Both the position numbers and the translations under genes were made by a program. A stretch of 63,327 bases of DNA, the filler included, from Octopus bimaculoides (Eukaryota): assembly GCF_001194135.2 (NCBI RefSeq). It is 4 parts of 4 records of this genome, joined end to end, with 100 filler letters (N's around TTAATTAATTAA, not from the genome) between each part and the next. Parts side by side here need not be neighbours in the genome. Positions count along the whole stretch, not along the records: positions 37,282 to 61,998 come from NC_068983.1; positions 62,099 to 63,327 come from NW_026350122.1; 2 more parts are not named here. One strand, given 5' to 3'. The notes beneath the pieces are model-generated. The model was not told the origin of the DNA and made no database searches. It was given only the letters and a program-made list of their open reading frames with translations. How positions within the stretch are numbered: position 1 is the stretch's first letter; each line of letters begins with the position of its first letter. Positions 51,377-63,148 of the stretch are shown here, one piece after another.

Positions 51377-52330
51377 CATCATCATCATCATCATTGTTTA
51401 ACATCCGCTTTCCATGCTAGCATGGGTTGGACGATTTGACTGAGGACTGGTGAACCAGATGGCAACACCAGGCTCCAATCTGATTTGGCAGAGTTTCTAC
51501 AGCTGGATGCCCTTCCTAACGCCAACCACTCAGAGAGTGTAGTGGGTGCTTTTTACATGTCACCCGCACGAAGGTCAGTCAGGCGGTACTGGCAACGGCC
51601 ACGCTCAAAATGGTGTATTTTATGTGCCACCCGCACAAGAGCCAGTCCAGGGGCACTGGCAACTATCTCGCTCAAAAATCCTACGAAGGCCAGTCAGGCG
51701 GTACTGGCAACGTCCACACTCAAAATGGTGTATTTTATGTGCCACCCACACAAGAGCCAGTCCAGGGGCACTGGCAACGATCTCGCTCGAAAATCCTTAC
51801 ATATGTTACGGGCACAAGTGCCAGAAAGGCGACCCCGATTTTGCTATTCGCTTGCCCCAATAAGTTTTCGCAAGCTGAGTTTTGTGTCCAATGAAGGAGA
51901 CGACGTTGGCACGGGTGCCAGTCGTCGAATTTAGTTCGATTTCACTTGCCTCAACAAGTCTTCGCAAGCGGAGTTTAGTGTCCAATGTAGGAAAGGTATG
52001 CATGAGTGGGCTGGCTACACTCCTGGCAGAGGCCTTGGATTTAGGTCTCACTTGGCTTGCCGGGTCTTCTCACGCACAGCACATTTCCAAAGGTCTCAGT
52101 CAGAAGTCATCGCCTCGGTGAGGCCCAATGTTCGAAGGTCTTGCCTCTCCACCTCAGCCCAAGTCTTCCTGGGCCTACCTCTTCCACAGGTTCCCTCAAC
52201 TGTTAGGGTGTGGCACTTTTTCACGCAGCTATCCTCGTCCATTCTCACCACATGTCCATACCAGCGCAATCGCCTCTCTTGCACACCACAACTGATGCTT
52301 CTTATGTTCAGCTTTTCTCTCAAGATGTTA
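51377..52330 (-). mobile_element. 5'-truncated RTE LINE: ORF C-terminus plus complete modular 3' UTR and (GAT)n tail
   Basis: Minus strand LREKLNIRSISCGVQERRLRWYGHVVRMDEDSCVKKC..GRGRPRKTW matches the 56.6-56.8 kb end of the long RTE. It continues without a break into the UTR modules. Confidence 0.92.
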
Positions 52331-52407
52331 GAAAAAATAGTGTTCCGACAATTGTTTCTGGAGCTCATTCATCCGAATTACAGTTGAATCTTAAGATTCA
52401 TTTCCAG

Positions 52408-52477
52408 AGAATGCCTCTTCATCAGGGAAAAAGAAAAATGATGTTTATTCTAGATATGCATTCAGTTCTTTACAAAG
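52408..52477 (+). other. Candidate small exon (70 nt)
   Basis: tttccag|AGAATG...CAAAG|gtatga has good splice sites and two open frames. No homology recognised. Confidence 0.2.
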
Positions 52478-53218
52478 GTATGAGAAAATTGGATGCTTTT
52501 ATAGAAGAGTGTAAATTATGGAAGTTTTTACGAGGGCTGATGGGAGTAAAATTAGATTGCTTACTTTCTTTCTTAAAATTTATATTTGTATTGGCAATAT
52601 ATTGCTGTGCAACAGAAATTAATACTAAGTAGGTTCAAATTTAAATCGTCTCATGGAAGTTGAGTAGTATCTGTGGTTGCACAAATGAATAGCGTCAGAA
52701 AATTTATTTAAAACAGTGGAATTTAATTACGTGAAGGATAATGTATGATTCTTTTATACACATTCGACATCTGCCAGTAATCGTATTGTATGGTGGGGCC
52801 TCATCTATTATTGACCAAGATAATGTATAATTAATGTAATTTTAAGTTGTGTATATATCTGGCTAGCGCTGTTGAATTTATGTTTTAACTTATCAAAAGA
52901 ATTTACATGTGTTCTATATTGTTTCTTGAAGTCTTTAGTGCTTCCTATGTATACTATATCATATTTTGAATTTTATTAAAAACGTTTATCTATATTCCAC
53001 TATTATTGTTATCTATATTCTATTATCAGTATGTTTATATATGTATATACCTATATGTCCATGTATATTTTTAGCATTCATATATTTTTATATCTCTAAT
53101 ATATCAGTATATGTTTCAGTTTAGACAATCCTTATTTTATCTTAACTAAACCTGTATATGTATGTGTTAATTGTAGTCTGCCTGATTTTAACTTTTTTTG
53201 TTCTATCCACTATACTTT

Positions 53219-53267
<49 letters not shown>

Positions 53268-53839
53268 AATACATGCCAAAACGAATTTCTGTGTCCGTGT
53301 GTCACACCTTGACTCCCCACCCCACCCGCTCTCTCACTATTCAATGACACTTCTTCTACTCCTTTTGCTGGGGCATAGATTGTGAGAGCGGTAGTAGATT
53401 GACAGTTGAGATTGTAACTGGGTGATAGTAATAGTATGAGCTGTAGCTGTGATAAAGGTGGTATCCTGTGTCATACCTGCAATTTCACCTCCCTCCTCTC
53501 CCTCTCTTTCTGCCAGGACAAATGCAACTAGCTTAGCTGCCCACTTACTTACTCTAACATTGGCATATTGATATTCATATTTACTTTTATCTATTTCTAT
53601 TAATTTTATTTATTTATTTACTTATATCTACAGCACCAGTAATGCTTAAATTTACGATGTCCATAGTGCTTATACTTACAATGCCGCGAACACCTACTCC
53701 TACACCTGGTAGGGGCAACAATCTTAACACACTTGAATGATGACAGGTCAAAAGTGAGAACAGGTGTAGCATGTCTATCAAACAAACACAAAAACGTCCT
53801 TCTTATTTTCAAACACTGAATAACATCTCCTCTTCCCAT

Positions 53840-56800
53840 GCCTCCTCCCACATTCCTTTCCCAGTTTTTAGGGTTGGCACTGTCAAATTAGGCACGTTGA
53901 AAAGTAGGTCTAGTAAGATTGTAGATATGCTTGAATGAAGACATGTTGATGTATGCTGCATACAAGAGGAGAGGAGCTTCAGCCAGGGTCCTCACAGGCA
54001 AGGCACATAGGTGTAAAATCTTCTGGGAAGGTAACAGTGATGGAGTAGGGGGTATAGGCATACTCTTTGCAGAGAAATGGGTGGATAAAGTCATAGAGGT
54101 AGTCAGGGTATGCAGTAGAGTGCTTGAGCTCAGGCTAGTCCTGCAGAATAGTATAGCTACAATTATCTTTGCCTATGCTGCACAAGTGGGCTTCCTAATG
54201 CTCAGAAGAACCACTTTTATGATAACCTTCTACAGGCTACCTCAAAGACGAGTGGCAATGACCTCGTCTTTGTGGCTGGAGATTTTAATGGGCATGTCAG
54301 AGGGCAGTCTCGTATCTTCCATGGTGTTCAGGGGGGGGGGGCAGGGAATTGATTCCTGAAACGAAGAGGGAACTAGACTGCTGGAGTGCTGTGATGCAAG
54401 CAACCTATTAATCTGCAATGCTGATTTCAGGAAGCCAGATAGCCACCTGATAACCTATCAATCAGGCGATTCTGCAAGCCAGATTGATTTCATCCTCACC
54501 AGAGAGCGGGATGCAAGGTTGCTCTTAAATACNNNNNNNNNNNNNNNNNNNNNNNNNNNNNNNNNNNNNNNNNNNNNNNNNNNNNNNNNNNNNNNNNNNN
54601 NNNNNNNNNNNNNNNNNNNNNNNNNNNAGGCTAGTCATTAGTGACTTTAGACTTCGGGCCAGAAGGATACCAAAAAGCAGACCAATCCAGAAAAGGATTT
54701 GGAAGCTAAAGAACCCTCCACATGGTCAGAGATTTCTCATTGAGAAATTTGATGAGAGGGAGGAGCTACATACTTTGGACATAGAGAGTAACTGGAAATT
54801 CCTACGGGACAGCTTACTGAGCGCCACAGACCAAATCTGCAGCTGGTGCAAAGTCCCTTCCAGACCTGAGGTACCATGGTGGTGGAATAATATGGTAGAC
54901 AAGGCCATTAAAGCAAAGAAACAGGACTGGAAAACCTGGAAGAGTGGGTGTAGCAGGGAACTGTACCAGATAGCCAGAAGGGAGGCTGGGCAACAGGTAT
55001 ACATAGCCAAGTAAGAAGCAGAAAAGAAGTTTGCCAATGTTCAGTGATGTGGAATCCAAAGAACTGAAGTATTTCGAATTGCGAGACAGTGTGTGAGAGA
55101 AAATTGTGATGTTAGAGGAAAGAAGTGTGGCTGCATGGATGATGGTGCACTTGCTTTTAATGATTCTGCAATGAAAGAGGCTTGGAGAAGCCATTATGAA
55201 AGGTTGCTGAATGTGAAAAATGAATGGGAGGTGGAGAGCCTGCCAAATGTTGACCCAGTCGAGGGACCAGCTACCCGAATTGATACCACCCTGGTAGATA
55301 AAGCAATTAAGCATATGAAGTCAGGAAAAGCCCCCAGCCCATCAGAAATTACTGCTGAGATGCTTAAAATATCTGGTGGTGTGGGTTACGGTCTAGTCAC
55401 CCATATTGTAAACCAGGTAGTTCACGAAGTAATCATACCCAATGACTGGCATAGCAGCACCATAGTGAACTGCTACAAAGGTAAAAGTGATGCTTTAAAT
55501 AGAAATAACTACAAGGGTTTCAAACTGCTGGATCAGGTGATGAAGGTCACGGAGAGTGTCATAGCCCAACTAATTAGGGAGAGAGTCTGCTTAGATGAGA
55601 TGCAGTTCGGTTTTGTGCCAGGTAGAAGCACCACTGATGCTATATTCCTGGTAAGGTAACTGCAGGAGAAATACTTAGCCAAAGATAAGCCCCTATACTT
55701 GACTTGGAGAAAGCCTTTGACAGGGTCCCCCAATCCCTTATCTGGTGGGCGATGTGGAAACTAGGGATAGACGAGTGGTTAATAAGAGCTGTACAAGGAT
55801 GCTGTCAGTAAGGGAAGGGTCGGCAATGAGTATAGTGAAGAATTCCGGGTAGAAGTCAGGGTTCACCAAGGATCAGTCCTCAGCCCCCTCTTATTCATCA
55901 TAGTTCTCCAGACAATAACAAGATTCAAGACAGGTTGCCCTCAGGAGCTCCTCTATGCTGATGACCATGCTCTCATACCGGAATCACTACCAGAACTAAA
56001 GAAATTTCAGGTGTGAAAGCAAGGTTTAGAATCGAAGGGCCTTAGAGTCAATGCTGCAAAAACCAAAGTCCTAGTAAGTAGGAAGGTGAACAAATCACTA
56101 ACCCCTTGCTTGATCTGTAGAAAATGTGTAGGTAGAAACTCCAAAAGATGTAGCCAGTGTAAGCTATGGATGTGTAAGAGATGCAGCAACATCAAAAGAA
56201 GGTTAACTAGGCTGATAGCTTTTGTGTGCCGCAGATGCACAGGGGCAATAAACACTGTAGATGCTCAGAAAACAGATTCCATCACATGCCAAGGGGGAAA
56301 AACTAGAAGTAGTTGATAGCTTCCACTACCTGGGTGACCAAGTCTGTAGTGGGGATGGATGCTCCGAGAGTGTTGCTACTAAAATAAGAATAGCTTGGGC
56401 AAAATTCAGAAAGCTCCTACCTCTACTGGTGACAAAGGGCCTCTCGCTCAGAGTGAAAGGTAGATTGTATGATGCATGTGTATAAACTGCCATGCTACAC
56501 GACAGTGAAACATGGGCCATGACTGAAGCCATGAATAGGCTTGAAAGAAATGAAGCTAGTATGATCTGCTGGATGTGTAATGTCAGTGTGCACACGCAAC
56601 AGAGTATAAGTGCCCTGAGTGAAATGTTGGACATAAGAAGCATCAGTTGTGGTGTGCAAGAGAGATGACTTCGCTGGTATGGTCATGTGCTGCATATGGA
56701 TGAGAAGAGCTGTGTGAAGTAGTGTCACTCCCTAACAGTGGAAGAGGTAGATCCCAGGAAGCCATGGGAGGAGGTGGTGAAGCATGAGGCGATGACAAGA

Positions 56801-56890
56801 GACCGAGACCTCTGGAGATATGCTGTTATTGAGAAGACCTGGCAAGTGAAGTAGCCTATGCCATTGTCACATAACCAGGCCATTTAAAAA
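53840..56890 (+). mobile_element. Near full-length RTE-clade LINE, decayed (APE endonuclease + RT + embedded PHD finger)
   Basis: APE start RVGT...VDVCCIQE and GDFNGH; RT QFGFVPGRSTTDAIF, HQGSVLSPLLF and YADD at 55954-65; C-terminal LRWYGHV; stop at 56852-54. Multiple stops and frameshifts. Confidence 0.97.
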
Positions 56891-57034
56891 GTACCAAAAC
56901 CTCATGTATCCAACATAGTACATAGAAGATTGTTTATCCCTATATATCTATGTAAGTGGCGGGCTTTTTTCAAATTGCATCTCGGTACATGTATTTTTTT
57001 CAGAATAAATATATGTATATGTATATATGTATGT

Positions 57035-57333
57035 ATCATCATCATCATCATCGTCGTTTAATGTCCGCTTTCCATGCTAGCATGGGTTGGACGATTTGAC
57101 TGAGGACTGGTGAAACAGATGGCTACACCAGGCTCCAATCTGATTTGGCAGAGTTTCTGCAGTTGGTTGCCCTTCCTAACGCCAACCACTCCGAGAGTGT
57201 AGTGGGTGCTTTTACGTGCCACCGGCACGATGGCCAGTCAGGCGGTACTGGCAACGGCCATGCTCAAAATGGTGTATTTTAAGTGCCACCTGCACAGGAG
57301 CCAGTCCAGGGGCACTGGCAACGATCTCGCTTG
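57035..57333 (-). mobile_element. RTE LINE 3' UTR copy truncated by a gap
   Basis: Nearly identical to the 42090-42400 and 51377-51660 tails. Confidence 0.85.
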
Positions 57334-57858
57334 NNNNNNNNNNNNNNNNNNNNNNNNNNNNNNNNNNNNNNNNNNNNNNNNNNNNNNNNNNNNNNNNNNN
57401 NNNNNNNNNNNNNNNNNNNNNNNNNNNNNNNNNNNNNNNNNNNNNNNNNNNNNNNNNNNNNNNNNNNNNNNNNNNNNNNNNNNNNNNNNNNNNNNNNNNN
57501 NNNNNNNNNNNNNNNNNNNNNNNNNNNNNNNNNNNNNNNNNNNNNNNNNNNNNNNNNNNNNNNNNNNNNNNNNNNNNNNNNNNNNNNNNNNNNNNNNNNN
57601 NNNNNNNNNNNNNNNNNNNNNNNNNNNNNNNNNNNNNNNNNNNNNNNNNNNNNNNNNNNNNNNNNNNNNNNNNNNNNNNNNNNNNNNNNNNNNNNNNNNN
57701 NNNNNNNNNNNNNNNNNNNNNNNNNNNNNNNNNNNNNNNNNNNNNNNNNNNNNNNNNNNNNNNNNNNNNNNNNNNNNNNNNNNNNNNNNNNNNNNNNNNN
57801 NNNNNNNNNNNNNNNNNNNNNNNNNNNNNNNNNNNNNNNNNNNNNNNNNNNNNNNNNA

Positions 57859-58425
57859 GCCACAGTTACTGCAATGTCCTGATGCTGCCTAACTTCTGCA
57901 AGGAGAAGCTTTGTTATAAATGTTTTTCCTGTCCCTCCAGGAGCATCAAGGAAGAAGATTCGTCCCTCACATTGGCGTACACTGTTAATAATAGTTGTGT
58001 AGGCCTGCAGCTGGTCCGGAAGTGATTTATGCTCGTTTTCAGCAATGTACTTTGAAAGCGCTTGAGTGTCGTAAGATGTTTCACGAATGACAGTAGTGGG
58101 AAGGCTATTTGACCCTGACCTGAATGTTTGTGGCAGGCCATATGTGGACAATCCATTACCACCCAGTGTGGCAATTCTGTCTTCAATGTCAATGAGAGTT
58201 TTATTGTAGACTTCATTGCTGATACCCTCCATGTCAAGATAGAGCCGTTGAGNNNNNNNNNNTCATTGCTGATACCCTCCATGTCAAGATAGAGCCGTTG
58301 AGCTTGCCACTGAAAGTCTTCAGCCAGGTTGTCCCTGTACTTGAGCCATAGAGTTGCCTGATCACACAGTTCGCATGTCTGTAGTAATACTGCAAATAGT
58401 ACCCTGAGACTTTTAGGTGATTGTG
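57859..58425 (-). pseudogene. Helitron Rep/Hel fragment (PIF1-like helicase N-terminal part)
   Basis: PKSLRVLFAVLLQTCE..LWLKYRDNLAEDF, then DQLQAYTTIINSV...IFFLDAPGGTGKTFITKLLLAEVRQ with Walker A GGTGKT. Confidence 0.92.
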
Positions 58426-58815
58426 ATAAAGCAAATATTTGTGTGTAATATGCATGGTTAAAATTTCAACATGAAAAATATATGAATTTTCATGGGGGTT
58501 ATGGCAGTTATGCATAGATATAATTTCCAAATTTACATGTATGCATATAGATCTATATCTATATATATATCTATACATACACGTGTACATATACATCTAT
58601 ATGTATACATGTATCTATATATATATATATATATACACACATCTATATATATATATATACATGTATATGGATACATTTGTGCATNNNNNNNNNNNNNNNN
58701 NNNNNNNNNNNNNNNNNNNNNNNNNNNNNNNNNNNNNNNNNNNNNNNNNNNNNNNNNNNNNNNNNNNNNNNNNNNNNNNNNNNNNNNNNNNNNNNNNNNN
58801 NNNNNNNNNNNNNNN

Positions 58816-58860
<45 letters not shown>

Positions 58861-58879
58861 GTATGCCTGTATATATGTG

Positions 58880-59253
58880 AGAGTATAGTTTCACTGTAGT
58901 AGTTTCAGTATGGAAATGAAACCATTAAAGTGAAAGTATGTCATTACAGTATGGAAATGTGATTGTTTCAGATTTGATACTGAAATAGTGGAATAGTTTC
59001 ATTTTGAAAGTGAAAGTATTTGACATGAGTGTTTTTGTTTCACTTTTGACACGTAATATTTAAATAGTGGAGGAGATATGATGTTGCTGTGGGCTTGAAC
59101 TATGCAAGAAGTGAAAAATTTGTTTTTGACTAAAACACAACCGGGACCCTAAGTAAGGCATGTGTAAAATTTGAATGAAATTTGTTGTGTAGTTCTCAAG
59201 TTTTACGGATTCACACAGAGACAGACAGACATTCTCATTTTTATAGATATAGA
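58880..59253 (-). mobile_element. Probable Helitron 5' terminal region
   Basis: The minus strand begins a|TCTATATCTATAAAAATGAGAATGTCTGTCTGTC, i.e. a TC start with a (GTCT)n tract. It is co-oriented with and upstream of the helicase fragment. Confidence 0.55.
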
Positions 59254-59897
59254 TAGATGACTTAGTATAAGACTATCTTATCCAATGTATCCTTACTTTT
59301 TTAAGACAAGAGGGCAGAAATTTTTAGTTATTTTGATTTCGTGGTGCACTGGAGATCAAATAATAAAATTCCTGGCCCACTGTGCATGGAAATTTTAAAA
59401 AATACTGCATCTTCAAGTATTAAATATGGATTTTATAATGTCTAAAATTCATTCTCATTGTTTTAATGTCTACTTTTCCATGCTTGAGGTACATTTTTCT
59501 ATGGTTGGATGCTCTTCCTTCTACCAACCCTTACTTGTCTCCAAAGAAATATTTTCCTGTGCTCAGACTTATTTACAAGTATCACCCGCTATCTAGACAA
59601 AGAAGCACAAACATACATATACATACTGATGTTAGGGAGATGTCTCCTTTTCTAGGAAGTTGAGGGATCAAATATAGGCTTCCTTATTGGATAATTATAG
59701 TCAATGAGTAATAAGAATTGGAACTGCAAACATAACTTATTTTCAGTACACCAAAATTTATTTAACTCCCAGTTTGATTGCTATTGAGATGAATGTCCTC
59801 CTCCTCATCCTCCTCCTCCTATTACTACTATTGCTGCTGCTGCTACTACCACCTCCACACAGTCATACCTGCATCTGCATATATGTGTGTGTAAAGA

Positions 59898-60170
59898 TGC
59901 ATGGCGTAGTGGTTAGGTTGTTGCACTCATAATTGTTAGATTTTACGTTTGATTCTCAACTGGGTGATACACTGTGTTCTGGAGGAAAACACTTTATTTC
60001 ATGTTATTCCAGTCCACTCAGCTGTAAATGGGTAACCCCCATGGCATAATAGCCTTCTGGTCAGGAGGAATGTTGGCCTGCTTGCCTAGCCAGTGGGATG
60101 ACATCAGTCGAATGCTAAAATGATGCAAATTGCATTCTGACCAATGATGTATAACATATGATAGTCTGGT
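59898..60170 (+). mobile_element. SINE family D (CORE-like)
   Basis: gcatggcgtagtggttagg..aaaacactttatttcatgttattccagtccactcagctgtaaatgggtaacc. Confidence 0.7.
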
Positions 60171-60184
60171 TGATCACGATCATG

Positions 60185-61243
60185 TGATATTTAATTGTGG
60201 AGGGAACCTGTGGAAAGGGTAGACCCAGGAAGATGTGAGAGGAAGTAGTGAAAAAGGATCTTCGGATCTTGTTCAAAACGGGGGCACCAGTTTTCATTTA
60301 TGTTTTATGTAGTGTTTTTGGTACCGAAAGACTTTCAAACTTCGTATACTTATCTATTTTGTGTTATAGAACAGAAAAAAAATTTTGTATTCAGATTTAT
60401 TTCATGTAAAAAATTGTCTTATTTCGATAATTTCAACCAATCACTGACAAGTATTTAGCTGTTTATACTTACTCCTTTGGCATTTTAAGCGGTGTGAAGC
60501 GTATTTAATCTCCATTACTTCTGACATTTTGCAGAGGCAACACATGTGTGTTCGTTTTCCCTAACCCTAACCGTAACCCTAACCGACTTGCTCCTTCCCT
60601 CAAAAACCATGCCTTGTGCCTATAATAGAAAGGTTTATTAGCTATTGCCAATATGCTTCAGCCATTTTTTGACAAGGAAATAATAATTTTATCACCGCCA
60701 GAATCGTTTGTTTACGTAGTCAGCACTTAATTTATACGGCTGAATGGACGTCAGTCATTGGTTGAAATTACAGAAATACGGCAACTTTAACATGAAATAA
60801 CTTGCGATGTACGTTTTTTTGTTAAGAAGACTAAGAGAAAAAGATGTTTTATATGACACATTGTACCAGTGTCCCAAGTTTCAAAGTGTTTTGTTAAGAA
60901 AATACTGGTGCCTCCGTTTTGAACAAGATCCGGATCTTCAAATGCTGGGAAATGATAAGGGACCAGGAGTTGTGGCAATTTAATGTACTTGAGAAGATGT
61001 GTCAAACTAAGTAAAATTGCTGTCATCCATACATACAGACATGTCTTTTGCAGGTGTTGGTGCCATGTAAATTGCACTCATGCCAGTGCTGTGTAAATGT
61101 ACCCTTGCATAAAAAGCACCCACCACACTCTGTAAAGTAACTGGTGTTAGGAAGGGCATCCAGCCAAAGCAGACAGTTGGAGTCTGGACAGCTCCCATCA
61201 GACTATCCAACCCATGTCAACATGGAAAATGGACGTTAAACGA
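60185..61243 (+). mobile_element. 5'-truncated RTE LINE end interrupted by a MITE
   Basis: VEGTCGKGRPRK..KKDL / QMLG..RDQELWQF.VLEK either side of the MITE, then UTR ending ggacgttaaacgat. Confidence 0.85.
60264..60931. mobile_element. MITE, 668 bp, with 28-bp TIRs and 8-bp TSD (Merlin-like)
   Basis: TIR ggatcttgttcaaaacgg(g/a)ggcaccagt at 60264-91 and 60904-31 (27/28). TSD ggatcttc at 60256-63 and 60932-39. GG...CC ends. Confidence 0.9.
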
Positions 61244-61244
61244 T

Positions 61245-61655
61245 ACTCTCTTTTACTCTTTTACTTGTTTCAGTCATTTGATTGCGGCCATGCTAGAGCA
61301 CCGCCTTTAGTCAAGCAAGTCAACCCCAGGACTTATTCTTTGTTAGCCTAGTACTTATTCTGTCAGTCTCTTTTGCGGAACTGCTAAGTTACGGGGACGT
61401 AAACACACAACCATTGTCAAGTGATGTTGGGGGGACAAACACTGACACACAAACACACACACACACATATATATACATATGTATATATACGACGAGCTTC
61501 TTTTAGTTTCCGTCTACCAAATCCACTCACAAAGCTTTGGTCGGCTCAAGGCTTTAGTAGAAGACACTTTCCCAAGGTATCACGCAGTGGGACTGAACCC
61601 AGAACCATGTGGTTGGTAAGTAAGCTACTTACCACACAGCCACTCCTGTGCCTAA
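61245..61655 (-). mobile_element. Full-length SINE family B
   Basis: Reverse complement of 43089-43524, including the internal microsatellite. Confidence 0.9.
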
Positions 61656-61789
61656 TGATAATGATTTTATGAGGCAAGGTAGCTAGTTCCTTTCAAGCAT
61701 TGGGCATCACAGGCGAAGTGGCTGAGTTCCTTTCAAGATTTGGGCCTCATGGAGACCATGACCAAGACCTTTGGCATTATGTCATGCTT

Positions 61790-61996
61790 GAGAAGATCCA
61801 TCAAGCCGAGCAAGTGGCATGTAAAAGCACCCATTACACTCTTGGAGTGGTTGGCATTAGAAAGGGCATCCAGCTCTAGAAAACTATGCCAAATCAGACT
61901 GGAGTCTGGTGCAGCCTTCCAGCGTGCCAGCCTAGTCAAACCATCCAACCTGTGACAGCATGGACAATGGATGCTAAATGATGATGATGATGATAT
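61790..61996 (+). mobile_element. RTE LINE 3' UTR terminal copy
   Basis: gtaaaagcacc..tacactcttggagtggttggcattagaaagggcatccagc...gatgctaaatgatgatgatg. Confidence 0.8.
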
Positions 61997-62214
61997 ATNN
62001 NNNNNNNNNNNNNNNNNNNNNNNNNNNNNNNNNNNNNNNNNNTTAATTAATTAANNNNNNNNNNNNNNNNNNNNNNNNNNNNNNNNNNNNNNNNNNNNAC
62101 TAAGCCCTGAAATCACCTTCATAGCTTTATAACAATAAAGGCAATATACACACACAAAAACACACTCTCTCTCTCTCTCACACACACATACATCTATAGA
62201 TGGATAGATAGAGC

Positions 62215-62580
62215 AACATTATCCTTTAACACCCAGGTTTGACCAGAACAAACAAGCTGGAGAGCAACACCAGGTTCCAGTCTGATTTGGCTTTGGTTTT
62301 TATGGCTGGATGCCCCTCGTGATGCCAACCACTTTACAGTGTGTTCTGGGTGCTTTTAACATGGCACCAGCATGAATTCTTTCTTACATGGCACCAGCAC
62401 GAGACTCTTGCAGGCTAATCCTCTTCACCAGGGTATGTGGCCTTAACACTTTTGTTGTGGTGGACAGGTCCTCTTGAGTACCACAAAGCATCAGATATCT
62501 CAGTCCTTTGTCTTCTCCTCAGAAAGATTTAGTGTTCTGAGGTCATTCATCAGTACTTTGTCCCATGGGTATCCCTTGGT
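62215..62580 (-). mobile_element. Degenerate RTE LINE 3' end (ORF terminus + UTR)
   Basis: Minus strand WDKVLMNDLRTLNLSEEKTKD, followed by a UTR with gagggcatccagcc-like sequence. Confidence 0.65.
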
Positions 62581-63148
62581 GATGATGATGACAGCAATGA
62601 TGATATTGGCAATGATGGCGGTGATGGTGTGGCAGTGCAGGCAGTGGTGATGTTGGTGGTGGTGCTGCTGCACATCTGTATGTCTTTATGTATGCATATA
62701 ACAATGAAGTATACAAGCATCATGGTTGATTGAGATTTGAGGGAGACTTCCGGTAAGATAATCTACTGAATGTAGACTCCTATCCATTTGTTTTGAGCAA
62801 ACATTATTTTGTTTTCTCAGTACAGGTGCAACATCAACTTTATGAATACTGATGGTCCAGAACCTCTTGAAATTAACACTAATTTATGAGCAGGGACTTC
62901 AGATTCTCACAGTTGCCAGACTAGTTGACTGGTACCTTGCACAGTACGGTATTTGTTGACTTGTATCCTTATTTTAATGTACAGGACATGTATTTCATTT
63001 AATTAAGTAAATTTAATATTTGCTTAATTTAGAATGTATTGACTGGTTTAGAAAAATTATCAATCTAGAAAGGTTTTGGAAAACCAATGTTGTATCCAAA
63101 CAGAAATATGATATGTTTTCAATTTTTATTTTTTACTATTTTTTGCAG

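Noticed and set aside
51560-51800. CRISPR-like regular repeat modules with hairpins
   Set aside because: Eukaryotic context, no unique spacers and no cas genes; these are LINE UTR modules.
52385-52435. Minus-strand CUGAUGA-AGAG..CUCU-GGAAAU with a GAAUC/GAUUC hairpin
   Set aside because: It lacks U16.1 and stem I, so it is not a hammerhead.
58213-58300. 40-bp direct duplication flanking a 10-N gap
   Set aside because: Typical unmerged contig overlap; an assembly artefact.
62605-62640. GNDGGDG resembling the YjeF_N motif GNNGGDG upstream of the NAXE exon
   Set aside because: It lies in a (GAT/GGT) low-complexity tract, lacks the flanking CGPG and ARHL residues, and has no splice sites.
62821-62948. 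Exon-like segment (ctcag|...cg|gtattt) just upstream of the NAXE exon
   Set aside because: The phase-0-compatible frame has several stops, and the partly open frame ends in phase 1 with no YjeF similarity. At most it is a non-coding exon.
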